NCBI GenBank assembly: GCA_024626585.2
Contig: JANKJI020000002.1
Coordinates: 20,261,245-20,295,993 of the forward strand
Reading direction: 5' to 3'
DNA from: Ginkgo biloba
Lineage: Eukaryota; Plantae; Ginkgophyta
DNA length: 34,749 bases
This document shows, one piece after another, positions 12,626 to 23,333 of the stretch (positions are counted from its first letter, which is position 1; each line of letters begins with the position of its first letter). The translations under genes and the position numbers were made by a program. Below the pieces are notes generated by a model, which saw only the letters and a program-made list of their open reading frames with translations, was not told the DNA's origin and searched no databases.

Positions 12626-14891
12626 ATTGTTGTTGCTTGCATTTCAAAATATTAGAATTGATGTCATCAACTTGGAGATCTCTAGAAAGCCTAAATAATA
12701 GAAAATATAGAATAAATATGCGCTATGTTTTGGATTTCATATATGCCCTCCCCTCTTTGGATCACAATTGATGCAATCTATATTATCCCTTGTTGCCTAT
12801 GTTAGATGCTTGATTTCCACTGCTCAAACATCTAAAAATAACCATTTGACAAATATTAAAGCTCTAGTTCACATGTATTATGAAACTTTGTTTCATGGTG
12901 GCCACAAAATGTCAACCAAAATTACAATGCATGTTTGCTTTGCACTTAGATTGGTAAATATCTATGGTACATATTTTATTCAAATTCACTTGCATTAAAC
13001 TGTAATTTTAATCCTAACGGTATTTTTTTTCGATAACATGTGAATTAGAGAGTTTGCGCAGACAAAACATGACCGACTTTATACATTTATAAAATAATGC
13101 AAAGAACAAGGAAGAAATTATACATGGGAACAAATCCAAAATATTAGTTCAATGGAAATTATATCTAAAGAATGGGATCCAATTTTTAGTGTCACAAAAC
13201 TCCTTTAAGATTTTTTTATGATTACAAATTCTAACCATGTTTTATGAGTCACATAAATAGGATTTAGATCATATAGGAATTAATGTGGAAAAATAGTTAA
13301 GAGCATCTCTTTCAAGTTGATAATTACATTCCTTCATCACCACATCAATAGAATTCATGTCCATGTACATGCTACCCACAAATGATGATGATTACGAGTA
13401 TGAAGAGTAGAAGCAAACACACACTAAAAGTGTTATAAGATGAGAAGACTTTGTGGGAAGAACATAAGAGATTATTGGCCCAATTATTAAAGTCGTTATA
13501 CTAACATTCTCTAGTGTTGTACTCAACTAATTGTGTGTTGCCTTAATAGTATTATTTCCCCATATTTATGGTATTTTCACTCTTTTTTATTTTGAAGTTA
13601 ATATTCCATGATATAATTAGTATTATAAAAAAGAAACAATATTTATACTCATTGACATTTGAAGGATAATAAACCCAAATTATGATCATGCAGTTAGTCA
13701 AACCATTCAAAACAATGNNNNNNNNNNNNNNNNNNNNNNNNNNNNNNNNNNNNNNNNNNNNNNNNNNNNNNNNNNNNNNNNNNNNNNNNNNNNNNNNNNN
13801 NNNNNNNNNNNNNNNNNNNNNNNNNNNNNNNNNNNNNNNNNNNNNNNNNNNNNNNNNNNNNNNNNNNNNNNNNNNNNNNNNNNNNNNNNNNNNNNNNNNN
13901 NNNNNNNNNNNNNNNNNNNNNNNNNNNNNNNNNNNNNNNNNNNNNNNNNNNNNNNNNNNNNNNNNNNNNNNNNNNNNNNNNNNNNNNNNNNNNNNNNNNN
14001 NNNNNNNNNNNNNNNNNNNNNNNNNNNNNNNNNNNNNNNNNNNNNNNNNNNNNNNNNNNNNNNNNNNNNNNNNNNNNNNNNNNNNNNNNNNNNNNNNNNN
14101 NNNNNNNNNNNNNNNNNNNNNNNNNNNNNNNNNNNNNNNNNNNNNNNNNNNNNNNNNNNNNNNNNNNNNNNNNNNNNNNNNNNNNNNNNNNNNNNNNNNN
14201 NNNNNNNNNNNNNNNNNNNNNNNNNNNNNNNNNNNNNNNNNNNNNNNNNNNNNNNNNNNNNNNNNNNNNNNNNNNNNNNNNNNNNNNNNNNNNNNNNNNN
14301 NNNNNNNNNNNNNNNNNNNNNNNNNNNNNNNNNNNNNNNNNNNNNNNNNNNNNNNNNNNNNNNNNNNNNNNNNNNNNNNNNNNNNNNNNNNNNNNNNNNN
14401 NNNNNNNNNNNNNNNNNNNNNNNNNNNNNNNNNNNNNNNNNNNNNNNNNNNNNNNNNNNNNNNNNNNNNNNNNNNNNNNNNNNNNNNNNNNNNNNNNNNN
14501 NNNNNNNNNNNNNNAAACATTACAACAAACATAGAATAGATTAGGTGTAATTCACATAGACAATTATCACACTTGGGACCAGATACTGTTGCAATCCCAT
14601 GTCCTCCACTAGCGTTGTTCTGTAGAGAAAATTATGAAGATTGCAAAACTATTGCCTTGTATAATCTTTTATAAGAAAAGCTCATAGGCTTTATTGTGTA
14701 TCTTGTTGAATCTTTCAAATGCTTAAGTGGAGATTTTATTCCATATCACATTGTGTGANNNNNNNNNNNNNNNNNNNNNNNNNNNNNNNNNNNNNNNNNN
14801 NNNNNNNNNNNNNNNNNNNNNNNNNNNNNNNNNNNNNNNCTGAATTGCACATGTCCGTAGGATCCCCTTCTAGAAGAACTTCTCTAGCCAA

Positions 14892-16517
14892 CATTACAAC
14901 CCAAGCAAGTTACACAAGAACAAGGTGACCTAAGACCCTTTTTCCTCTCTTTTGACTGGGCAAATGGCCAATTTGTCTTAGAAATATGTGACTACAGTAT
15001 AGGGTAGTTGATGCCCGTAGAAACAAGTGGTCATATGCCTAGGTTGTCTTAAAGAGAGACCTTTAGAGGTTAAGCAAGTATTATAGCCCTTAAGAAGGCT
15101 TAACAANNNNNNNNNNGGGTCAAGTGGTGCCCACAACAAAGCTAAGAGTTTATTAAAGAGTGCCTTTCTCATCACACAACTATCTAGGAGACACTCACCG
15201 AGGTCAGAGGTCAGCTTAGACAGACTTAGGGTCTATTCGGAGCACGCGCACGCATACAGAGGGCACCTCAACTGAGGCATCTTCAAATAGAATTCTTCTT
15301 CCTCTAAAACTTGGCACAAAAAGCTGAACCACAAATTGGGAGCATCATCTTCAACTATGACTTAGAGTTCCCCCTAACATAGGGACTTCACCCTGCCTCA
15401 AGGACGCTTTTGAANNNNNNNNNNNNNNNNNNNNNNNNNNNNNNNNNNNNNNNNNNNNNNNNNNNNNNCATTACACTGTGCCCTTGCATATTTGCTCTTC
15501 TGCCACCTTCACTCTACTTCAGAATTCATAGATTCAACATTTCAAGCACTTTTGTCATTTCAGCCTTGCATTTTTCACCTTTCTGCCACACCACCTTGCT
15601 CTAAGCAAATCGCCCTGCATTCCTGGATCCTTTTGCTGCTTCTAGGCATTTCTGTACCTTCAAAATACAAAAAAATGACCTCTAAAGGTGATTTGCAGGC
15701 ANNNNNNNNNNNNNNNNNNNNNNNNNNNNNNNNNNNNNNNNNNNNNNNNNAGAACAAGGGCTGAAGCTGACATTAGAAATCAACTACTTGGTAAACATCT
15801 ACACTTCATCGAGTGTCAAGATGAGGTTTTGTTGATATTGTTTGTCATTTTCTACTATAAGTAGGCGTCTGCAATGTAAGGACAAAGCTACAAGCTTTCA
15901 TTATCAACATACTTCTATTTGAGTAGCATCCTTAGCATTATTTGTTATTATTCTGATGGTGCTTTAAAACGTTTGTTTGGTTGGTTGCATATCAGGCCAA
16001 GAGACCCTGCAGGAAATATTGTTAATAAACCTCATTAATCTTGGATCCATATAATGAACAGCATGACCCACTAAATAGCTGCATTAATATCATGATGTGT
16101 ATTTCTGTGATGATGTCAAGATGCCAATTCTGTTCACTATGTCACCATGCATATTTCTATAACTTGAACACCAATACGCATAATGCTTTGGTTGGCTACA
16201 ATGCATATTCTCATAGTTACTTCAAATTACTGGTGCATATTTCAGTGCATTAGGTTTACTTGCATGTAGATGTATGGGAGGCAGATAACAGATGGTATGT
16301 GGGAGGCATCATATGTTTAATCAAGTAATGCGTTCCTAGCAAGATGTCCAGATACCATCTAACATATAAGGCCCTATGAGTCCATGCTTTAGGTGGTCCA
16401 CTAGCCTGCATCATACTCCAGTGCATACACTCTAGAATAGGTATTTTGTTGCATTGATCTCATGTATGTTTGAGTCATCCCATAGGTTGTTATGTGTCAC
16501 GACCAAAGCCTGTTACA
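14892..16517 (+). repeat. 5' LTR
   Basis: Starts CATTACAACCCAAG (the 3' copy starts TGTTACAGCCCAAG) and ends GCCTGTTACA. Shared anchors include CTGAAGCT(G/A)ACATTAGAA (15761/18680) and TACCATCTA..ATAAG (~16353/~19264). Confidence 0.88.
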
Positions 16518-16518
16518 G

Positions 16519-16529
16519 TGGTATCAGAG
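16519..16529 (+). promoter_or_regulatory. Primer-binding site, initiator tRNA-Met
   Basis: TGGTATCAGAG, one base after the LTR-terminal CA. Confidence 0.92.
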
Positions 16530-16863
16530 TGATGTTACAGTTCATGCTTATTCCCAAGAATGGTACCTTCACAAAAGGTGGACTATGAGAAATCAATGGA
16601 TATACAAAGTAAGAACCTGGCTTGAATGGAGGCCACATATTGTCCAAACTAAAAGGCCAAGAAAATGACCATCCCTGCTTTGAGCATATGTATACTAGGA
16701 GCAGGAGAGAAGAAGTGTTCTGTAGAAAATTTCAAACAAGAGATCAAGAAATCACGAAGTAACCAGAGCCAAAAAGAAGAATTAGCAGATCAAAAACCTG
16801 AAGCAATTGATCCAAGCAAGAGAAAAAAAACAATGTAGAGCAATAAGCAACTTCAACAATTAA

Positions 16864-17638
16864 AAGACTTGTGAATTACATGGCAAAGGCATTGAAACAA
16901 AATTCCATTCTTGGCCAAGTAAAATGGAAAGGCACTTTTGAGTTTGTGAGATCACTGATGGACATAAGTTAATTCTTGGTCGATCAATATCAAAGGAAGT
17001 AGCCAACAAATGGTGGGAAGGAATTGGGTACCAAATATCAAGAGTAAGAGAACCGATCAAGACTTCGGAGCAAATCATCCAATTGAAGACCAAAAGATAT
17101 GGACCAGCAGATGATGAGGTTGCAGCGTTCTAACAATTGGATGAACCAAGGCAAACAAAGACTGTGCAAGAGAATGATCAAAGAATTGAAGCTTTGGTGG
17201 CCAAACCAACAAAATCACTCACATCAGTACGTCACTTTGTCAAGGGGTTAGGGTTTTCTATCAATCAAGCAATAGACAGCCAAAATAGCATCCTTAAAAA
17301 GGCTATCAATGAAACATTGGCAACAGAAAGCATTACTGGAGGAACGAGGCAAAGGAAAGAAGAGCACAGGACAGAATCTCGAAGACAAGGGCTCAAAAAT
17401 TTTCAAATACACAGCACAACAACTCAAACCAAAATATAAGTTTGATCAGAATTTAGAAGAGGCTCACTATAGCCCTAAGTTAAATCTTGAAAATAAAGAA
17501 TAATGCCTCAAAGAAAATCTATGTTTCATCTATAGAAGTAAATATTGTCAAGTGATGGATTGTCCTCAAACTAAGGGCAAGAGAAAACTGAGCAGAACCA
17601 TGGAACCATGAAGAACACTGTTCATCAAGGGAAATTAA
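16864..17638 (+). pseudogene. gag: Ty3/gypsy Gag capsid + CCHC nucleocapsid remnant
   Basis: ELHGKG..KFHSWPSKMERHF*VCEITDGHKL..SKEVANKWWE..IKTSEQIIQLKTKRYGP..AF*QLDEPRQTKTVQENDQRIEAL..HFVKGL..ILKKAINETLATE follows the Retrotrans_gag pattern. After a frameshift, KLNLENKE*CLKENL-CFIYRSKYCQVMDC-P (17522-17563) keeps CX2CX4HX4C spacing with two ligands substituted. Confidence 0.85.
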
Positions 17639-17649
17639 CTCCAACGGTT

Positions 17650-17658
17650 GAGGAGAGA
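17650..17658 (+). promoter_or_regulatory. Polypurine tract
   Basis: GAGGAGAGA abuts the TGTTACA start of the 3' LTR. Confidence 0.8.
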
Positions 17659-19431
17659 TGTTACAGCCCAAGTGACACAAAAAGAAGGTTGGCTACGACC
17701 CTTTTTCTCACTCTTTTGACCAAGCAAATGGTCAATTCTTCTTAGAAGCATATGACTACAGCATAGGGTTCCTCATTCCCTTCAAAACGGATCCTTACAA
17801 GCGTAAGTTGACTTTAGCAGAGACCTTAGACGTGAGCAACTATAATAACACTTAAGAAAGTTTATCAATCGGCTAAGAGTCAGGTGGCACCCATATGACG
17901 AGTAGGCCNNNNNNNNNNNNNNNNNNNNNNNNNNNNNNNNNNNNNNNNNNNNNNNNNNNNNNNNNNNNNNNNNNNNNNNNNNNNNNNNNNNNNNNNNNNN
18001 NNNNNNNNNNNNNNNNNNNNNNNNNNNNNNNNNNNNNNNNNNNNNNNNNNNNNNNNNNNNNNNNNNNNNNNNNNNNNNNNNNNNNNNNNNNNNNNNNNNN
18101 NNNNNNNNNNNNNNNNNNNNNNNNNNNNNNNNNNNNNNNNNNNNNNNNNNNNNNNNNNNNNNNNNNNNNNNNNNNNNNNNNNNNNNNNNNNNNNNNNNNN
18201 NNNNNNNNNNNNNNNNNNNNNNNNNNNNNNNNNNNNNNNNNNNNNNNNNNNNNNNNNNNNNNNNNNNNNNNNNNNNNNNNNNNNNNNNNNNNNNNNNNNN
18301 NNNNNNNNNNNNNNNNNNNNNNNNNNNNNNNNNNNNNNNNNNNNNNNNNNNNNNNNNNNNNNNNNNNNNNNNNNNNNNTTACATTTTATATCTTTTTGCC
18401 ACTTCACCCCTGTATTTTCAGTCTTCTGCTGCCTTTGCTCTACTTCCAAACTCTTAGCTTCGGCATTGTAGGAACTTTTGTCACTTAATCCCTATATTTT
18501 CGGCCTTTCTACCACTTTGCCCTTCCTTTGATCAATTTGCCCTATATTCCTATGCATTTTTACACACCTTTGCCCTGCAAAAATCAGCCTTTCAAGGTGA
18601 TTCTCTGACAGCAGAAGAAGTACGACTTGAAGCAGATCTTAATTTGAGGTCTTCTTGGCCTACGAGGAAAAGGTAAGACCTGAAGCTAACATTAGAATCA
18701 AACAGGACTGAGTTAAGATGAGATCATGTTGATGCTATTTGTCATTTTCTATTACCAGTAGGCCTGTGCGATGTAAGCAACAGAGCTTTCAGTTCTCATT
18801 TCAACTTGGTTGTTATCTACCTACTTTTGTTTGCATCACAGTGCAAGCATTAATTGCTATTACTCTGGAAGCACCTTCAAAGAAGTTGTTTGTTTGACTG
18901 CATGTCAGGTTAGGAGACTTTGGGGGTGATATTGTTGATAGACCTTATTAGTCCTGGGCAGGTATGACCCATGAAGATGGCTGAATTGATATTGCAATGT
19001 GTATTTCCGTAATGATGTCAAGATGTGTATTTCCTTGTCTATGGTAGGATGCAAATCCACATAACTTGAACACCAAGATGTGTAATGCCTCAGAGGAACA
19101 TGATCTATATTTTTATAATTTAATTGGGTCATGATGTGTAACTCCATGAACATCCACAATGAGATTTAGTACTTTTATGTAGGCATGTTGGAGCACCTAA
19201 TAGACAGTACATGCGAGGCATCATACATTTGATTTATAATAACATTCCTTGCAAAATGTCAGTTACCATCTAGCTTATAAGCCCCTACTAGTCCATGTTT
19301 CCTATGGTCCACTTCCCTACATCATACCTGAGGCTAGCCCTTGTAATATACATATTTTGTTGCACTGATATTATGTGTATATTTGACCCACAGCATAGGT
19401 TTTACAGGTATCAAAATTGGAGCCTATTACA
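17659..19431 (+). repeat. 3' LTR
   Basis: TGTTACAGCCC...AGCCTATTACA, co-linear with 14892-16517; contains one N gap. Confidence 0.88.
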
Positions 19432-20925
19432 GTCATAACTTGTATACTCAAAAAAATTGGGTTTATTTNNNNNNNNNNNNNNNNNNNNNNNNNNNNNNNN
19501 NNNNNNNNNNNNNNNNNNNNNNNNNNNNNNNNNNNNNNNNNNNNNNNNNNNNNNNNNNNNNNNNNNNNTTTACACAACATGGAATTTCCTTCCTTGAAAT
19601 GGTCTATAGAAAGAGAAATATTATGCATAGTTTAACCTAATAAAAATGAAGCATAAACTACTAGATTAGTTTAGTGTGGCTCTAACTTGAGTTAGTAAAG
19701 TATGCAACATATGGACATGATGAAATTAGGAATGTTCCAATGATATATCCTCTTATTTGGAGGTATAGATATGTCTTAGATTTGATTCATTTAAGAAAAA
19801 ATAATGACTGATACCTAGAGAGACAANNNNNNNNNNNNNNNNNNNNNNNNNNNNNNNNNNNNNNNNNNNNNNNNNNNNNNNNNNNNNNNNNNNNNNNNNN
19901 NNNNNNNNNNNNNNNNNNNNNNNNNNNNNNNNNNGTTGGACCCTTTTTACCTTACAAAGTCGACCCATATGGAGGAAGTGAATTTATCCAAATAAGGAAT
20001 ACATTACTACCTCCATCTTAATGATCCAATATATCCCTAATAAAATGTTATAATCTAATTCCTAATGTAGGACATTCACCTCAATAGTAATTCATTATGC
20101 TTGATGAAGTCTTATAAGGAAGAGGATTTGGGTTCTATTCTACTAAGCGGATGATTTTAGTCCCCTTCTTAGGGGGAATAGAATTTTTATTTTATGTACT
20201 TTCTGAATAATTATTTCATTGAAAAGAATGATTATGCAACTCTTGCAAGACTTCCTGAGTGAGGAAATCAAAGGGTTGAAAAACAATTTCAGAGCACTCG
20301 TGCATCTGAAACAGAGAACAATAAAATAAAAATTGCTGCAGAGTTGAAAAAAACTACCTCTATTGGCCTCTAATATAGGTATAGAATTGCATCTCTCATA
20401 GGGCTTCCATTTCTACATGGTTTTGTTGGCCATTGTTGTCACTAGTGCGAGGACTCTTATTATCANNNNNNNNNNNNNNNNNNNNNNNNNNNNNNNNNNN
20501 NNNNNNNNNNNNNNNNNNNNNNNNNNNNNNNNNNNNNNNNNNNNNNNNNNNNNNNNNNNNNNNNNNNNNNNNNNNNNNNNNNNNNNNNACAATGAACCAC
20601 ACAAGGATCACAAGGTGAGTTCTGCACAATGTTCACAACGAAATCAGAATCCTAGCATCAAAACTCTCCATGTCAGCGTCTAAGATAAAAGAAGAAACAA
20701 TATATTAGCAATCAAGTAACAAAAAATACCCTGAAAAAGGAAGCAAGCATTCAGAGCTATTTTTTTTTGTAGATTTCTGTCATGAATTCATGATTGTCAA
20801 TTTACGAATGACTCAATACCATCCANNNNNNNNNNNNNNNNNNNNNNNNNNNNNNNNNNNNNNNNNNNNNNNNNNNNNNNNNNNNNNNNNNNNNNNNNNN
20901 NNNNNNNNNNNNNNNNNNNNNNNNN

Positions 20926-22176
20926 CCCTTCAAATTCTCTTTTGACGCACCTAATCTCCTCATCACCTAAAAGGAGATTAATGAGTACATTCAAGAGAAT
21001 ATTTATAGAGCCTACCTCCAGACCACATGGATCTCCCAATCGAGACCTCTTAGTCCTAAGATGGCCTTCTACTTTGAGCACTTTCTTAGTTTACTAGAGG
21101 GCATCATTGATCCATTAGGGTACCTGTGCCTACACATTCGCATGGCATGCAATTTCCAATTGGCTAGTTCAAAGTTTGCTCCCATCAACTCTGAATAGAA
21201 GTTAAACACCATGTACCTAAAGACTAGTGCATTTGTAGGCTTTGTTCATTGGAGGTAGAGATAGAGGAGCATTTCATCTTTAAGTGTCGTATTCCCTACA
21301 AGATTCGAGAAAGATACTATTGCCTCTTCAAGGACACAAAGGGATCGTTCTCCACTTTTATTTTTTGTAGAGACCAATAATGTGTAGACCTTTTCCTTAG
21401 AGAGATTTTTCTTCATAAACATCACCTCCTAGAGCGAACCATACCACAAAGCAATCGAGTCCAGATGATCACTTCTTTCTTTCCACCAACAATCCCAATA
21501 GTAGGGGGAAAGTGCCCCTTAGACACACAATGCACCCAATGAGATATTAGGCATTGTCCAGGGAATAGGATTGATCACCGTCATCTCTTATAGCGCACAA
21601 GGAGACACTCCATTAGGAACATCAGGAGGAATCCTTACAGGACTTCAAGACCCAAACCCAGGAGAGAGAGAATTATCACCAACTTCTTTGGCAAAGACAC
21701 AACAACCTTAGATGGCAGGAGAGACACAAATCCAAGTGAGGAAAATAGCAATCGGACTCCTCTACCCACAAAGACACAATCCATTTGTCGTAGAGCAATC
21801 GATGACCAAACAATAGAGAAGATCATTTGGCAAGCCCTAGGAGACTACATAGTTGTGGATGACCTATAACCCTATCTCATACAAGCCCATTCAGTGTTGG
21901 TAGCACTATGCAGACCTTGATGACATTTATAGACTTAGGGTATGAAGGGATTAACCCTCTCTCCACCTTTGGATGTATTCTATGTATCACTCTACCATGT
22001 CTTATTTTACTTTACTTTATTTCCTAGTTTCTTGGTTTTAGACTTGGAGTTGCTAACAACACTCTCATGGAGTTGTATCACATGTTTGTATTCTCAATCC
22101 CATTAACCACTCTTTGGTCACTAGTGGACATTAATATATATTTCTATTTCTATTTCTATTTCTATTTCTATTTCTA
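20926..22176 (+). mobile_element. 3' end of a non-LTR retrotransposon (RTEX-like): ORF C-terminus with CCHC knuckle, 3' UTR and microsatellite tail
   Basis: IG*FKVCSHQL*IEVKHHVPKD*CI-CRLCSLEVEIEEHFIFKC-RIPYKIRERYYCLF (knuckle 21234-21287) resembles the R.SSH.L.IE..R..RIC..C...VE.E.HF...C..Y..IR..Y..LF signature. The same frame continues to TGA at 21918, followed by a ~220-bp UTR and (TTTCTA)6. Confidence 0.8.
22141..22176 (+). repeat. (TTTCTA)6 hexanucleotide repeat, probable LINE tail
   Basis: Six perfect copies. Confidence 0.92.
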
Positions 22177-22544
22177 ACCCTTTTGCCATCAACAATGCAT
22201 AAGAGTTTCTCAGTCGAACATGAGTACTTCACGCGAAGCTAGTCCAAGTTCCAAGAATCCTAAAGCATCGTATAGCATTGAACTCCTCCCATCTTTATGT
22301 GAAGAAAAAGGAGTAGCAGAGATGCAAAATAAATCCTAATAGTGCCTCCACTACTACAACCATATGTTTGTATAAAATACAAAATTGCCATTTCCAAATA
22401 AAGCACACTACTGTGCCCAAGCCCAAAGGTCTGAACGAATGATGCAATTGCAATGAGACAACACTCTTGTATTTAAGGCTCTTGATCGAGCCACAATTAC
22501 GTATGAGGGTTAGATGGACATTGTGTATGACATCTAAGCTTCCC

Positions 22545-22810
22545 AAATCAAATGACGGAACAAGAATAAGTGGTTCAGGATTTGTAGATGGTAGTTACAG
22601 AAGCCAAAGAGGGACGTATCGCAGCTGAAAGAACGATTGCTCAAACTATTCAGCAAAAGGAGTCACAACTTCAACATCAATACAAGGATGAAAATGAGCA
22701 AATGATGAAGAGAATACGACAATTGTTAGCGCTCTTATGACAAAATAGGCTTCCTATTCCACCCTCCATTAAAATCCCATCACAATGTAAAGGTACACCT
22801 TCATGCATGT
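22545..22810 (+). pseudogene. Coiled-coil + Pro-rich ORF-end remnant, possibly a DNA-transposon accessory ORF
   Basis: QMTEQE*VVQDL*MVVTEAKEGRIAAERTIAQTIQQKESQLQHQYKDENEQMMKRIRQLLALL*QNRLPIPPSIKIPS; the stops are consistent with CAA/CAG/CGA decay. Family not identified. Confidence 0.3.
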
Positions 22811-22960
22811 GAGAACAAGCAGATAACTGATTGGGATAGATCTTGGAGTCATATGAGAAAATATGACAGTTTTGTGTCGAGGGAAGATGTGTATAAGCTC
22901 AACATGTCATCAACAATAATCAATCATTGTAATTCTATTGTAAACTAATCAAAATATTGT

Positions 22961-23202
22961 GTACTTCAATCAGAATGTTTTGTCTCCATTTGGAACCCTT
23001 TTATACAATGATTGAAATATTTATCTCTGGTTGGAACCCTTTTATACTCTGATTGGAATGTTGGTCTCTGGTTGGAACCCTATTGTACTTCAATTAGAAT
23101 GTTTATCTCTAGTTGGAACCCTTTTGTACTCTCATCGAAATGTTGGTCTCTAGTTGAAACCCTTTTGGACTCCGATTAGAATGTTTTATCTTTGGTGGGA
23201 AC
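22961..23202. repeat. 41-bp minisatellite, ~6 copies
   Basis: Unit ~GTACTCTGATTAGAATGTTTATCTCTGGTTGGAACCCTTTT; the TG(G/A)AACCC anchor falls at 22991, 23032, 23073, 23114 and 23155. Confidence 0.92.
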
Positions 23203-23333
23203 TTGTTAATTTTGATTAATGTTATGTACTGTAATTAATGACGAAAGCTAGCTAGTGACGGTTGTATCAACCAAGAATGGCTTTAGCAGTGAATAGTTAG
23301 TTAATTGTCTAAATTAAATTATTCGGTATTTAT

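Larger units (their letters stand above)
14892..19431 (+). mobile_element. Non-autonomous gag-only LTR retrotransposon (TR-GAG-like), full length and ancient
   Basis: Two co-linear diverged direct repeats (14892-16517, 17659-19431), PBS-Met after the first, PPT before the second, and a gap-free 1.14-kb internal region holding only gag and a Zn knuckle. Flanks GCCAA/GTCAT match at 3 of 5 positions. Confidence 0.88.

Noticed and set aside
12650-13420. Possible hAT transposase C-terminal remnant (LLPMLDA*F, SWW...PKLQ..FALRL, DDDYEYEE*)
   Set aside because: The motifs are in different frames and too weak to call without a profile search.
13552-14539. Long ORFs in the supplied track (here and at 6551, 17880, 31226, 32762)
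   Set aside because: They are translations of N runs.
20615-20772. Apparent intron (AAG|GTGAGT ... TTTTTGTAG|)
   Set aside because: The interior is A-rich rather than U-rich, and the flanking exons are cut by gaps and give no recognisable protein.
22961-23202. CRISPR-like periodicity of the 41-bp repeat
   Set aside because: Whole units are repeated with no unique spacers, there are no cas genes, and the context is eukaryotic.
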